DNA of 64,000 nucleotides from Leucoraja ocellata (lineage: Eukaryota), in assembly GCA_036785375.1 (NCBI GenBank), contig JAWMAR010000070.1, forward strand, positions 4,898,001 through 4,962,000. The letters run 5' to 3'. The stretch's first letter is position 1. Every line of letters begins with the position of its first letter. The position numbers and the translations under genes were made by a program. A model generated the notes under the pieces. It searched no databases. It was not told the origin of the DNA and saw only the letters and a list, made by a program, of their open reading frames with translations. Below, one piece after another: positions 36,632 to 48,800 of this stretch.

Positions 36632-36946
36632 CAGATTCACGGATACTAAACCGTACCACAGTCAAGGGCGTGAAGGGCAATGCCACCACTATACACTGCC
36701 GGTACAAGGCCCAATTTGAAGCATATGTGAAATTCTTGTGTAAAGTCGTCTCTGTGAATAGTTGCAGCATCATAGCGAGGCCTCATGACTACAACAGCAG
36801 CAAATTGTCAATCAGTGCGGACAAAGTCAACAACTTTGCCATCACGATCAGGCACACTGATGAAGGAGATGTGGGGGAATATTGGTGTGGGGCCAGGACA
36901 CAAGTCGACTTTGAGATCTCACAGGTTCAAACCGTGATGTTTAAAG
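36632..36946 (+). CDS. Gene C: IgV exon D2
   Basis: ttacag(cag) NAGNAG acceptor, AAAG|gtataa donor; 315 nt. Encodes GNATTIHCRY...KFLCKVVSVNSC...DVGEYWCG. Confidence 0.87.
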
Positions 36947-37623
36947 GTATAAATCAACATAAAATTACAACGATTCAACATTTATGTAGAAATTCAGCAT
37001 GCAAACTGTCTTTACTGATATTATCTTCCACGTATCTCTCTCCATTCTTGTAAGTTGTTGGAGTAGAATTAGCCCATCAAGTCGACCCCGCCATTAAATC
37101 ATGGCCGACCTATATTTCCCTCTCAACCCCATTCTCCTGCTTTCTCCCCATAACCCCTTACACATGTACTAATCAAGAATCTCTCAATCTCTGCCTTAAA
37201 AATATCCATTGACTTGGCCTCCACAGCCTTCTAATTCTTCTCATCTCTCCCAACCTCATATCTTCAAAGCTTTCCCTAATATTCACCCGAGTTTTACCTC
37301 CTTTCTAAGCTCTGATTGTGGAATGTATTACTAAATATTTCACTTATGTTTATTACTCTTAGACAGACTTTCTAATCCTCTTGTTAATATACATATTAAT
37401 TGAATTGAAAGATGCAACATGGAAGCAGACTCTTCGGCCCATCTAGTCCATGCCAACCATCCATCATCCATTCACACTAGATTTATGTTATCCCAATTTT
37501 TGCATCTACTCCTTACAGACTAAAGGGCAATTTGCAGCATCTGCATTTCCTTGAGATTAAGTTATGTTGTGTTGTAATTGATATGAATTGGTATAATATG
37601 TTGATTTTAACAACCCACCTCAG

Positions 37624-37663
37624 GAACGATAACAAAACCAGGGGCACCAAGCAACAAAGCAAG
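37624..37663 (+). CDS. Gene C: short stalk exon
   Basis: cctcag acceptor, AG|gtaaga donor; phase 1 in, 2 out, exactly bridging D2 and the TM exon. Encodes GTITKPGAPSNKA. Confidence 0.75.
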
Positions 37664-38414
37664 GTAAGATTTCTGCAGTCATCCTCAATCTAATCATTAT
37701 TTACTGATTGTTGTTGGTATTGGTTCAATACGTCATGTTTAGTTTAGAGATAGAGTGCGGAAACAGGCCCTTCGGCCCACTGAGTCCGTACGGACCAGCG
37801 ATTTCCGCACACTAAAAGTATCCTAAACATACCAGGGACAAGTTACATTTATACCAAGCCAATATATTTATGCACGACTTTGGAGTGTGGGAGGAAACCG
37901 AAGATCTCGGAGAAAACCCACACGGTCACGGGGAGAACGTACAAACTCCGTACAGGCAGCACCCGTGGTCAGGATCGAACCCGGGTCTCAGGCGCTGCGC
38001 CATTATGCCACCCCGTCTCTTATTCTAAACCAGCACCTGCAGTTCCTCGCATCTCGCTTCCAGTTTCACCCACATTCTAGTTTGTCAACACAAAGAACTG
38101 CAGAAGTTGGTGAATACAGAAAAGAATACAAAGTGCTGGAGTAACTCAACGGGTCAGGCAGCATCGCTGGAGAACATGGATGGGTGACCTTTCAGGTCAA
38201 AACACTTCTTCAGATTCACGTTTCGGGTCGACACCCTTCTTTGATCTGAAGAAAGGTCTCAACCCGAAACATCACCTGTTCCCATTCTCCAGGGATGCTG
38301 CCCTGACCTGCTGAGCTACTCCAGCGCTTTATGTCCTTCCTCATTCTGGTTCAATTTACTGTTAGAGATATTGTTCCTTGTCTCATTGAATGTTTCTCAA
38401 TCGTGTTTTAATAG

Positions 38415-38530
38415 CGGCACCCCACAGATATGGCACATTATACTTCCACTCGTGTTGGGACTATTGGTTGTAATAACGATAGTTCTACTTGTAAAGAAGA
38501 GGAAACAGTCAGAAACTATCCCTCGTGAAA
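38415..38530 (+). CDS. Gene C: transmembrane exon
   Basis: ttttaatag acceptor, A|gtaagt donor. Encodes SGTPQIWHIILPLVLGLLVVITIVLLVKKRKQSETIPRE. Confidence 0.87.
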
Positions 38531-39288
38531 GTAAGTAGCCAACAAAATATTTATGCTACAGTTAAAATGATAATGGAACAATAACTGCGTATGGATTTAT
38601 TATTGGCGTGCAGTGAAAAAATGTTGTTTTGCATGTCACCCAGTCAAATCACACTGAACACGTGTACGTGTAGGAAGGAACTGCAGATGCTGGTTTAAAC
38701 CGAAGATAGACACAAAAAGCTGGAGTAACTCAGCGGGACAGGCAGCATCTCTGGTGAGAAGGAATGGGTGATGTTTCGAGTCGGATGTTTCAACCCATCT
38801 GAAGAAGGGTCTCGACCCAAAACGTCATCCATCCCTGCTCTCCAGAGATGCTGCCTGTCCCGCTGAGTTACTCCAGCTTTTTGTGTCTATCTTCTGTACA
38901 CGAGTACATCAGGTTGTGCATAAAATAATATGATGTTCCAGCGTCGGAGACAATGCAACTAAACATGTCCAAGGACTGCAAAGAGGCGTAAATTGCAATA
39001 AATGTCTGTAAATTATCCCCAGTGTGAGATTTAGTTTAGTTGACATTAGGGATACAGCGTGGAAACAGGCCCTTCGGCCCACTGGGTCTGCACCAACAAG
39101 CCATCCACTTACACTAGCACTATCCTATACAAACTAGGGCCAATTTGCTATTTTGCCAAGCCTATTAACCTACAGAGCTGGAGACGTTTGAAGTTTGGGA
39201 GGAAACCGGAGTTCCCAGAGGAAACCCACGCAGGTCACGGGAAGAATGTATAAACTCCGTACGGACAGCACCCATAGTCAGGATTGAA

Positions 39289-39888
39289 GGTTACACAAAA
39301 AAGCTGGAGAAACTCAGCGGGTGCAGCAGCATCTATGGAGCGAAGGAAATAGGCAACGTTTCGGGCCGAAACCCTTCTTCAGACTGATCGGGGGCGGGGG
39401 TGGGTGGGGACAAGAAAGGGAAAAGGAGGAGTAGCCCGAAGGCTGGGGGATGTGAGGAGACAGCAGGGGGGCTGAGGAAGGGGAGGAGACAGCAAGGACT
39501 AACAAAATTGGGAGAATTCGATGTTCATGCCCCCGGGGTGCAGACTCCCCAAACGGAATATGAGGTGCTGTTCCTCCAATTTCCGGTGCTGCTCGCTGTG
39601 GCCATGGAGGAGACCCAGAGCAGAGAGGTCGGAGGTGGAGTGGGAGGGGGAGTTGAAGTGCTGAGCCACCGGGAGGTCAGCTTGGTTATTGCGGACCGAG
39701 CGGAGGTGTTCGGCGAAACGATCGCCCAACCTCCGCTTGGTCTCGCGGTTGGGCGATCGTTTCGCCGAACAGATCTATATCCTTCGCCTATTTCCTTCGC
39801 TCCATAGATGCTGCTGCACCCGCTGAGTTTCTCCAGCTTTTTTGTGTAACCTTCGATTCTCCAGCATCTGCAGTTCCCTCTTAAACAC
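39289..39888 (-). mobile_element. Penelope-like element fragment with inverted pseudo-LTRs
   Basis: GIY-YIG-type C-terminus (RFAEHL...PVAQHFN...RKLEEQHLIFRLGSLHP-GMN), ~65-bp inverted repeats and a 12-bp TSD GTCAGGATTGAA (39277-39288 and 39889-39900). Confidence 0.8.
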
Positions 39889-39922
39889 GTCAGGATTGAA
39901 CCTGGGTTTCTGGGCTGTGTAA

Positions 39923-40143
39923 CCCCTGTCCCACTTAGGAAACCTGAACGGAAACCTCTGGAGACTTTGCGCGCCACCCAAGGTTTCCGTGCGGTTCCCG
40001 GAGGTTTTTGTCAGTCTTCCTACCTGCTTCCACTACCTGCAACCTCGGGCAACCACCTGCAACCTCCGGGAACCGCACGGAAACCTTGGGTGGGGCGCAA
40101 AGTCTCCAGAAGTTTCCGTTCAGGTTTCCTAAGTGGGACAGCC
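39923..40143. mobile_element. Palindromic MITE (PIF/Harbinger-like ends)
   Basis: About 75-bp TIRs CTGTCCCACTTAGGAAACC...GGTTTCCTAAGTGGGACAG; partial copy at 36135-36260 and a related right end at about 24040-24210. Confidence 0.75.
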
Positions 40144-42530
40144 AGGGAGGCAGCAACTCTACCACTGCGCCACCGTGCAGGACTGGTGTACGTGTGATCG
40201 CGGGCCGAAGGACTTGTTCCTGCTCTGTATCGCGAAACTAAACTAAACATGTTCCGTGCCAGTGATGGAAGGCCGGGACACCAGAGGCCAACGAGACATA
40301 TTCCAAATAGTGTTGCTGGATGCTACACGGCCATCTGCAAGATATCGGCGAGACCCAGCGCAGACTGGGAGTTCGTTTCGCTGAACACCTTCGCTCAGTC
40401 GACGTTGCCCCACGCAATCTCCCAGTTGCCATTAGATAACTCCCCTTCCCATTCCCACACTGACCTTTCTGTCCCGGTCCTCCTCCACTGTCAGAGTGAG
40501 GCCAAATGCAAATTGGAGGAACAGCGCCTCATATTTCGTTTGGGCAACTTACACCCCAGCGGTATGAATATTGATTTCTCTAACTTCATTCCTTCTCTCT
40601 TCGTCTCTCCCCCAATCTGGTCATCGCACTAGTTTCACTGTCGTCCTGCTGAGATTCACTGTTTGTATCAATTAGACAATAAGTGCAGGAGTAGGCCATT
40701 CGGCCCTTCGAGCCAGCACCGCCATTCAATGTGATCATGGCTGATCATCCCCAATCAGTACCCCGTTCCTGCCTTCTCCCCATATACCCAGACTCCGCTA
40801 TCTTTAAGAGCCCTATCTATCTCTCTCTTGAAAGTATCCAGAGAACCCGCCTCCACAGCCCTCTGAGGCAGAGAATTCCACAGACTCACAACTCTCTGTG
40901 TGAAAAAATGTTTCCTCATCTCCGTTCGAAATGGCTTACTCCTTATTCTTAAACAGTGGCCCCTGGCCCTGGACTCCCCCAACATCGGGAACATGTTTCC
41001 TGCCTCTAGCATTAACAATCTTATATGTTTCAATGAGAAACCCCCTCATCCTTCTGAACTCCAGAGTGTAAAAGCCTGCCCTTGCATGTCCAATCCCTTA
41101 ATAATCTTACATGTTTCAATAAGATCCTCTCTCATTACCACTTTCCCCACAGCCACCAATGGACCATTGTGGGCTCCACATATCCTTGATCATCGGTGCT
41201 GGCTTTGATCCGTCTTTTTACGAGCCTTTCATGCATTTATTCTCTGTACTTATTCATATCTCTCGTTTCCCTCTCTCCTGACTCTCAGTCTGAAGAGTCA
41301 GGTTTCAGTGGTGGGTCTTGAACCCACATCCACGAGCTCAGTGTATGAGTGTGAAAAGGAAGTGGTACTCGGTTGCTGAGACCGGAAAGTAACATGTGGT
41401 TGCAGCTTCTGGTAAAGTGCTCGGTTGGTTAGTGGGCGGGGGGAGGGGGGAAGGGGGGAGGGGAGAGCATGAATGCGGAAGAGAGTGGGGAACTGAGATG
41501 TGTGTTGTGGTTGACACCTCATCACAAGCGGAACAAACCTGCTTCCAACCACATCCATCAAGACGCCCACCATCTCCTTGCTCCCCAGAGCTACAGTATT
41601 TATTTTAAAGAGAAACAGTGTGTAACCAGGACCCTTGGCCCACCGAGTCCACACCGACCAACACTCACCCACACACTAGTTCTATCCTACACATTAGGGA
41701 CAATTTACAGAAGCCAATTCACCGACAAACCTGCACGACTTTGTAACGTGGGGGGAATAGATACAGCATGGAAACAGGCCATTGACCCATTGAATCCTCG
41801 TCAACCAGCGATCACCGCGGTACACGAGCACTATCCTACACACCAGGGACAATGTACAATATTACAGGAGTCAAATTAACCTACAAACTTGTACGTCTTT
41901 GGAGTGTGGGTGGAATCCGGAGCCCCCGTAGAAAACCCACATGGTTACAGGGAGAATATAGAAAATAGATGCAGGAGTAGGCCATTCGGCCCTTCGTGCC
42001 TGCAACGCCATTCGATATGATCATGACTGATCATCCAACTCACTATCCCATCCCTGCCTTCTCTCCATACCCCCTGATCCCTTTAGCCACAAGGGCCACA
42101 TCTAACTCCCTCTTAAATATAGACAATGAACTGGCCTCAACTACCTTCTGTGGCAGAGAATTCCACAGATTCACCACTCTCTGTGTAAAAAACGTACAAA
42201 CTCCATACAGACAGCGCCCGTAGTCAGGATCGAACTCGGGTTTCTGGCACTGTGAGGCAGCAACTCTACCATAGCTTTATGGCCAGTACTGCGGAGCAAC
42301 ATTCAAAGGAGACGTGCGGGGCAAGTGTGGGAGAGTCGGAGACTCCTGGAACGTGGTGCCACTGGTGGTGGTGGTGGAGGCAGATACGACAGTGGCGTTT
42401 ACGAGGCTTTTAGATAGGCACATGGATATGCAGGGAATGGAGGGATGTGAACCACTTGAAGGCAGAGGGGATCAGTTTAACCTGGCACCATGTCGGGGAT
42501 ACACAATGTGGGCCGAAGGGCCAAATCCAG

Positions 42531-43151
42531 CAAAAGGATGAGTATAAGAGCAAGGAGGTTCTTCTGCACTTGTACAGGGTCTTGGTGAGACCACACCTGG
42601 ATTATTGCATACAGTTTTGGTCTCCTAATCTGAGGAAATACATTCTTGCCATAGAGTACAGAGAAGGTTCACCAGACTAATTCCTGGGATGTCAGGACTT
42701 TCATATGAAGAAAGACTGGATAGACTTGGCTTGTACTCCGTAGAATTTAGAAGATTGAGGGGGATCTCATAGAAATTTACAAAATTCTTAAGGGATTGGA
42801 CAGGCTAGATGCAGGAAGATTATTCCCGATGTTGGGGAAGTTCAGAAGTAGGGGTCACAGTTTAAAGATAAGGGGGAAGTCTTTTAGGACCGAGATGAGA
42901 AAAACATTTTTCACACAGAGAGTGGTGAATCTGTGGAATTCTCTGCCACAGAAGGTAGTTGAGGCCAGTTCATTTGCTATATTTAAGAGGGAATTAGATG
43001 TGGCCCTTGTGGCTAAAGGGATCAGGGGGCATGGAGAGAAGGCAGGTACAGGATACTGAGTTGTATCAGCCATGATCATATTGAATGGCGGTGCAGGCTC
43101 GAAGGGCCGAATGGCCTACTCCTGCACCTATTTTCTATGTTTCTATGTTTC
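42531..43151 (+). mobile_element. CR1 LINE 3' end
   Basis: RPHLDYCIQFWSP...FFTQRVVNLWNSLP; (ttctatgt)n tail. Confidence 0.85.
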
Positions 43152-43231
43152 CTGTACTGTACAATGTTTTCTGCTACTCGGGGAAATATGAGAACTATTA
43201 TTCTTATTCTAATTTACCTGCTTTTTTGCAG

Positions 43232-43269
43232 ATGGTTGCAAAAACTCAGAAACTCCCGCCACAGCCAAG
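43232..43269 (+). CDS. Gene C: cytoplasmic exon 1
   Basis: ttttttgcag acceptor, AAG|gtaaga donor; phase 1 in, 0 out. Encodes NGCKNSETPATAK; positional equivalent of 24328-24380. Confidence 0.78.
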
Positions 43270-44321
43270 GTAAGAATGTAGAACTGTATGAAACCATTCT
43301 GTATCATTTCTCTTTTCAAATTCTGAACAGGATACATCTCTTCTTTACACGTGTTGAACTGTAGAGGCTGATTTACAGAACAAGACAGACTGCTGGAGTA
43401 GCTCAGCTGGTCAGGCAGCATTTCTGGAGAACATGGATAGGTGACGTTTCAGGTCGGGACCTGTGACTGAAGCAGGGTCCTGACCGATTCACATTCTCCA
43501 GAGATGCTGCCCGACCCGCTGAGTTCATCCAGCACGTTGTGTCCTTTCCTTTAACAAATTACAACGCAATACTGCACTTTGATTCGGTTTCTCTCCCCAC
43601 GTTTGCTGCCTGACCTGTTGAGCATTTCATAGAAACATAAAAAATAGGTGCAGGAGGAGGCCATTCGGCCCTTCGAGCCAGCACCGCCATTCACGGCTGA
43701 TCGTCCCCAATCAATAGCCCGTGCCTGCCTTCTCCCCATATCCCTTCACTCCACTAGCACCTGGAGCTCTATCTAAGTCTCTCTTAAATCCATCCAGTGA
43801 CTTGGCCTCCACTGCCCTCTGTGGCAGGGAATTCCACAAATTCACAACTCTCTGGGTGAAAAAGTTTTTTCTCACCTCAGTCTTAAATGACCTCCCCTTT
43901 ATTCTAAGACTGTGGCCCCTGGTTCTGGACTCGCCCAACATTGGGAACATTTCCTGCAGTTAGTTTATTTGTTTAGAGATACACCGGGGAAACAGGCCCT
44001 TCGGCCCACCGAGCCCGTGCCGACCAGCGATTCCCGCACATTAACACGGCCCTACATACACTAGGGACAATTTTACATTTACACCAAACCAATTAACATA
44101 TAAACCTGTACGTCTTTGGAGTGTGGGAGGAAACCGAAGTTCTCAGGGAAAACCCGCGCGGCTCAACAGGAGAACGTACAAACTCTGTACAGAGGTCGGG
44201 ATTGAACCCGGGTCTCTGGCGCTGTGAGGCAGCAACTCTACCGCTGCGCCACCCTTATTCTCAGATTTCCACAGTATTTTGCTTTTGTACTAAACATCTA
44301 ACTGACTTTTTTTCGTTTCAG

Positions 44322-44501
44322 TCTGAAGGAGAAACTGAAGATACGATTGCATATTCCACCGTGACCATTCAGTCGCCAGCTCAGACCGAAGCAAGCCCTG
44401 CAATTTATTCCAATCTTAAGGATCTAAAAGAGCAAAATGAAGACGTCAAGATCCATTCGGCAGAATCGGTGGAATATTCTGCTCTGGTGTTCCGATCTTA
44501 A
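44322..44501 (+). CDS. Gene C: terminal ITIM exon
   Basis: tttcag acceptor. Encodes SEGETEDTIAYSTVTIQSPAQTEASPAIYSNLKDLKEQNEDVKIHSAESVEYSALVFRS*, with ITIMs IAYSTV and VEYSAL plus YSNL. Confidence 0.88.
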   Translation, partial: SEGETEDTIAYSTVTIQSPAQTEASPAIYSNLKDLKEQNEDVKIHSAESVEYSALVFRS

Positions 44502-45444
44502 TGTCATTGCTCCATCTTCCACAAACATCCCAAGTTAACGCCATTCTCGTAAACATTTACATTTGCAACATGGAAACAGGCCCTTTGGCCCATCGAGTCC
44601 ACGCCAGCCACCGGTCACCCGTTCACGTTTCAACATAGTTCTTAAAAAATTACTTACAAGCAACAAGAAGCATGTCCAAGATCTAGCGATCACTGAAGTT
44701 TGCCTGGATTGTAATCTTTACTTGGCTTTCTAGTTTTAGATATAGTGTGGAAACAGGTCCTTCAGCCCAATAAATCCACACCGAGCATGGATCATCTTTG
44801 GACACTTGTTCTATGCTACACACTCGGGATAATTTTTACACAGAAGGCAAACCCGCACGTCTTTGGAGTGTGGGAGGAAACCCGAGCACCCGGAGAACAA
44901 ACCCACATGAAAACAATTGCCTCATGGATAACTCACTTCCTGCTTGAAATCTCAGGCATAACTTTGACAAACAAGAGGATTTACCCAAAACAGAAAGGTT
45001 TTAAAATATATATATTACAGTAAACAGCGATATAACTCGTGGCTCTGAAATGCTGGAGAAAAGGAGATACAAATAAAATAATGGCGACTGTTGTGTGTGA
45101 CAATGGGGAGAACATGCAAACTCCGTTCAGACAGATCCACAGTCAGAACGGAACCCGGTTGATTGAATGGCGGAGTAGACTTGATGGGCTGGATGGGCTG
45201 AATGGTCTAATTCTGCTCCGAGATGTTATGAACGATTCTACTTGAGGGAAAAATGAGGCCCACCGCTGTGGCACCCTAACCCTAACTCTAACACCCCGAA
45301 ACGGAGGCGCCGAATGGTACCATTGCGGTTTTAGTACTCGCTTCAACTATCTCCTCTGGCAGCTCGTTCGATGTAACCCACCACACTTGAGTGAAAACGT
45401 TGCCACTCGGGTACCCTTTAAACCTTTCCCCTCTCACCTTAAAC

Positions 45445-45814
45445 CAGGGGTTCCCAACCTTTTTCGTCCCATTTACCCCTGGCAACTTTCTTCTTCTTGC
45501 GTGTGGCGCTCACAGCCTAAAGTTGTAGGACAACTTGTTCTATTTGATCTTATTTGATTGTGTACGCCACGTTGATTGCATTGGTCGAAACAGGGCGGAC
45601 CACGTGAAGGTTGCAATCTTTCCACCCCGCTGGCAACTTTAATAACACATAACAATGTTATTTCACTTATTTATGAGCAACTAATGATGAACAGATACCG
45701 GTATACCAGAACCAAACACAGTCAGTCAATGAGAACAAATATGTACAAATAAATCCAGAATCAACAAATTTACCCCCTGGGTAGGCGAAATTGACCCCAG
45801 GTTTGGAACCCTTG
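45445..45814. mobile_element. hAT-type MITE with nested insertion
   Basis: TIRs CAGGGGTTCCCAACCT / AGGTTTGGAACCCTTG; 8-bp TSD ccttaaac/ccttgaac. Confidence 0.8.
45490..45629 (-). mobile_element. ~140-bp retroposed element with (AAG)n tail
   Basis: 11-bp TSD CTGGCAACTTT; other copies at 58852-58988(-) and 63277-63407(+). Confidence 0.75.
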
Positions 45815-48800
45815 CCTTGAACCCATGCCCACTGATTTTTGATTCCTCTACTCTGTGCAAAAGACTCGGGGTATTCACCCCATCAATTCCCCTCATGGTT
45901 TTAAACACCTCTGTAAAATCACCCCTTATCCTCCTGTGTGTTTAATTGTCATATGTACCAGCAACGCAACAAATAAATTGTTCGAGAACTCTTAGAAGAA
46001 AATACCATTGTGGTTAATGTGTTCATATATTTTCCAACTTACCCGTTTCCCAGACCTTAATCGAAAGTTACCCAACCTCCTTTCATCCATCATTTCAAAT
46101 TAACCATCTGACTTCTCTGCTTTTCTGCTGTTAATGTTCACTCTGATTCTGCAGAATAGGTGCAGGTGTCAGAGATTATTGGAGAGAAGGCAGGAGAATG
46201 GGGTTAGGAAGCAGAGATAGATCAGCTATGATTGAATGGCGGAGTAGACTTGATGGGCCGAACGGCCTAATTCTACTCCTTGCACTTATGACCTTATGAA
46301 TATATTTTTTAAAAGACTTGTCATTTAGTTTTGAATTTGGGGAACTCATGAAGTTCCTGAAAAACGTTCTTTAATTTGATTTGAAGAAAGTGGTTGATGG
46401 ACCACAGGGTCACCAAGTTCCCCATCAAGTCACACACGTCCTGACTTGAATGAGAAATGAGTGGCGGAGTCTGATACAATTACAGGAAACACCTCGTTTT
46501 TACAGACCTCTTTATAGAACCATTGAAAATAGGTGGAGTAGGCCATTCAGCCCTTCGAGCCAGTTCCACCATTCAATATGATCATGGCTGATCATCCAGA
46601 ATCACTTCCCGTTCCTGCTTTCTCCCCATATCCCTCGATTCCGTTAGCCCTAAGAGCTATATCTAACTCTCTCTTGAATACATCCACCTCCAGTTTAAAT
46701 TCCATTTGGAATATTTTGGAGGACCAAGAACCAAGAACAGTGAATTGGCCTCCAAGCCTTCTGTGGCAGAGAATTCCAGAGATTCACAACTCTCTGGGTG
46801 AGAAAGATTTTCCTTATCTCAGTCCTACATGGCCTACCTCTTATTCTTAAAATATGACCCCTGTTTCTGGACTCCCCCGACACGGGGAAACATTGTTCCT
46901 GCATCTAGCCTGTCCAATCCCTTAGGAATGTTATATGTTTCTATGAGAACCCCTTCTCTTTATATCGCACCGATTATAGCGGAGAGACTGACCGAGGCCG
47001 GGCTGCCGACGCCACCCCATGCCACTTCCTCGGCCTTGGAGCTTTGCTTAGTTTAGGTTAGTTTAGAGATGCAACACGGAAACAGGCCCTTCGGCCCACC
47101 GAGTCCGCATCGACCAGCGATCCCCGCACACTAACACTATCCTACACACACACACGACACACATTTATACCATGCCAATTAGCCTACAAACTTGTACGTC
47201 TTTGGAATGTGGGAGGAAACCGAAGCGGGTCACGGGGAGAAGGTGTAAACTCCGTACAGACAGGACCCCGTAATCAGGATCGAACCCGGGTCTCTGGCGC
47301 TGTAGTTGTAAGACAGCGACTCTACCGCTGCGCCACCGTGCTTTAATGTTGCCGCTGAAGAACAGGCACCTCTGTCAGTGCAGTCCTTGCTCAGCCTTAA
47401 TGTTATTATTGGGTCTCTACACATGAAACGCCACATATTACACTCTGTTGTAGCAGACAATCAGCTATACCGGACACCGTTCTCCCCGTTACAACAAAGA
47501 TTTACTGTATTATATTTAGACCGTGAAATGGACCTACTGCAGGCAAACTGGATCAGAGTACAAGGTTTAGCTTGGAGGCGACAGATCGAAGGGCCCCATT
47601 TCACAGTTGTGCAAGTTGTTTCATGTGTAGCGTCTAGCAGAGATGGGGGAAACATTATCCATGTAGTTGGCACTTGACTGTTCACGCCGGCCGTCAATCA
47701 ATCACCCGTTAACACTAGTTCTGTTACACAGTCTGAAGAAGGGGCTCGACCCGAAACGTTGCCTATTTCCTTCGCTCCATAAATGCTGCCTCACCCGCTG
47801 AGTTCCTCCAGCATTTTTGTCTACCTTCGATTTTTCCAGCATCTGCAGTTCTTTCTCGAACAAAACGTAACCACTTTCTCATCCACTCCCTATACACCAG
47901 GTGCAATTTACAGGGGCCAATTTCCCCACAAACCCGCACGTCTTTGGGATGTGGGAAGAAATCAGAGCACCCAGAAAAAAAAACTCGCACTGACCCAGAG
48001 AGAACGTGTAAACTCCACACTGACAGCAGCGGAGATCAGGATCACACCTGGGTCTCTGAGCGCTGTGAGACAGCAGTTCTCCTGCTGCGCCACTGTGCTA
48101 ATCTTAAATCTATTTGAGATTAATTTCATTATTAACTTCAGCATTCCATTTAAAGAAAAGGAAATTTTTTTTTTAAAAATAATCAAATATGCATAACATT
48201 AGTCTCGAAGTCTGAGGAAATTAATGAGCTAATTTGCAAATTAGATGAAGATAATTGAGTGTAAATAAATAATTCATCCATTGGCCACTTTGCTAAACAG
48301 CTTTGACCAATCATTCTCACCGTCAGAACAAATCAACCTTATATAACTGCGGTTGTGGTTAAGAAACATTAAATTCTCGTTAAAACCAAAGATCTTTGGT
48401 TAAAACTAGTGCTCAGCTCAGTTATATTGATGCTGGTTTTGCATGTGGGCAGATCTACAGCACACAGGAAGTTATGATTCAAGGACTGTGGCTGCAGCAA
48501 ACCACACGATATACAACGGCACACAATGTCACTGCCCTTCCCATTGTGTCCTGGGCCTCCTCCACCAAAGATCCTATAGCAAAAGGTATGCTATAGGTAC
48601 TTTGTCCTCCACTGTCAAAGTGAGGCCACACACAAGTTAGAGGGACATCTATTACTTGGGCAGCTTACAACCCAGCGGTATGAATATTGATTTCTCCAAC
48701 TTCAATTAACCCTTGCATCCCCTCTCCGCCCACCCTAGTCGCCATATTGGTTAATGTCGTCCTGCAGTTTCACTGTCCCACTCCTTATCACCTTCTCCAC

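Noticed and set aside
45273-45292. Interstitial telomere repeat (ccctaa)n
   Set aside because: Only two to three imperfect units; compatible with chance or a repeat fragment.
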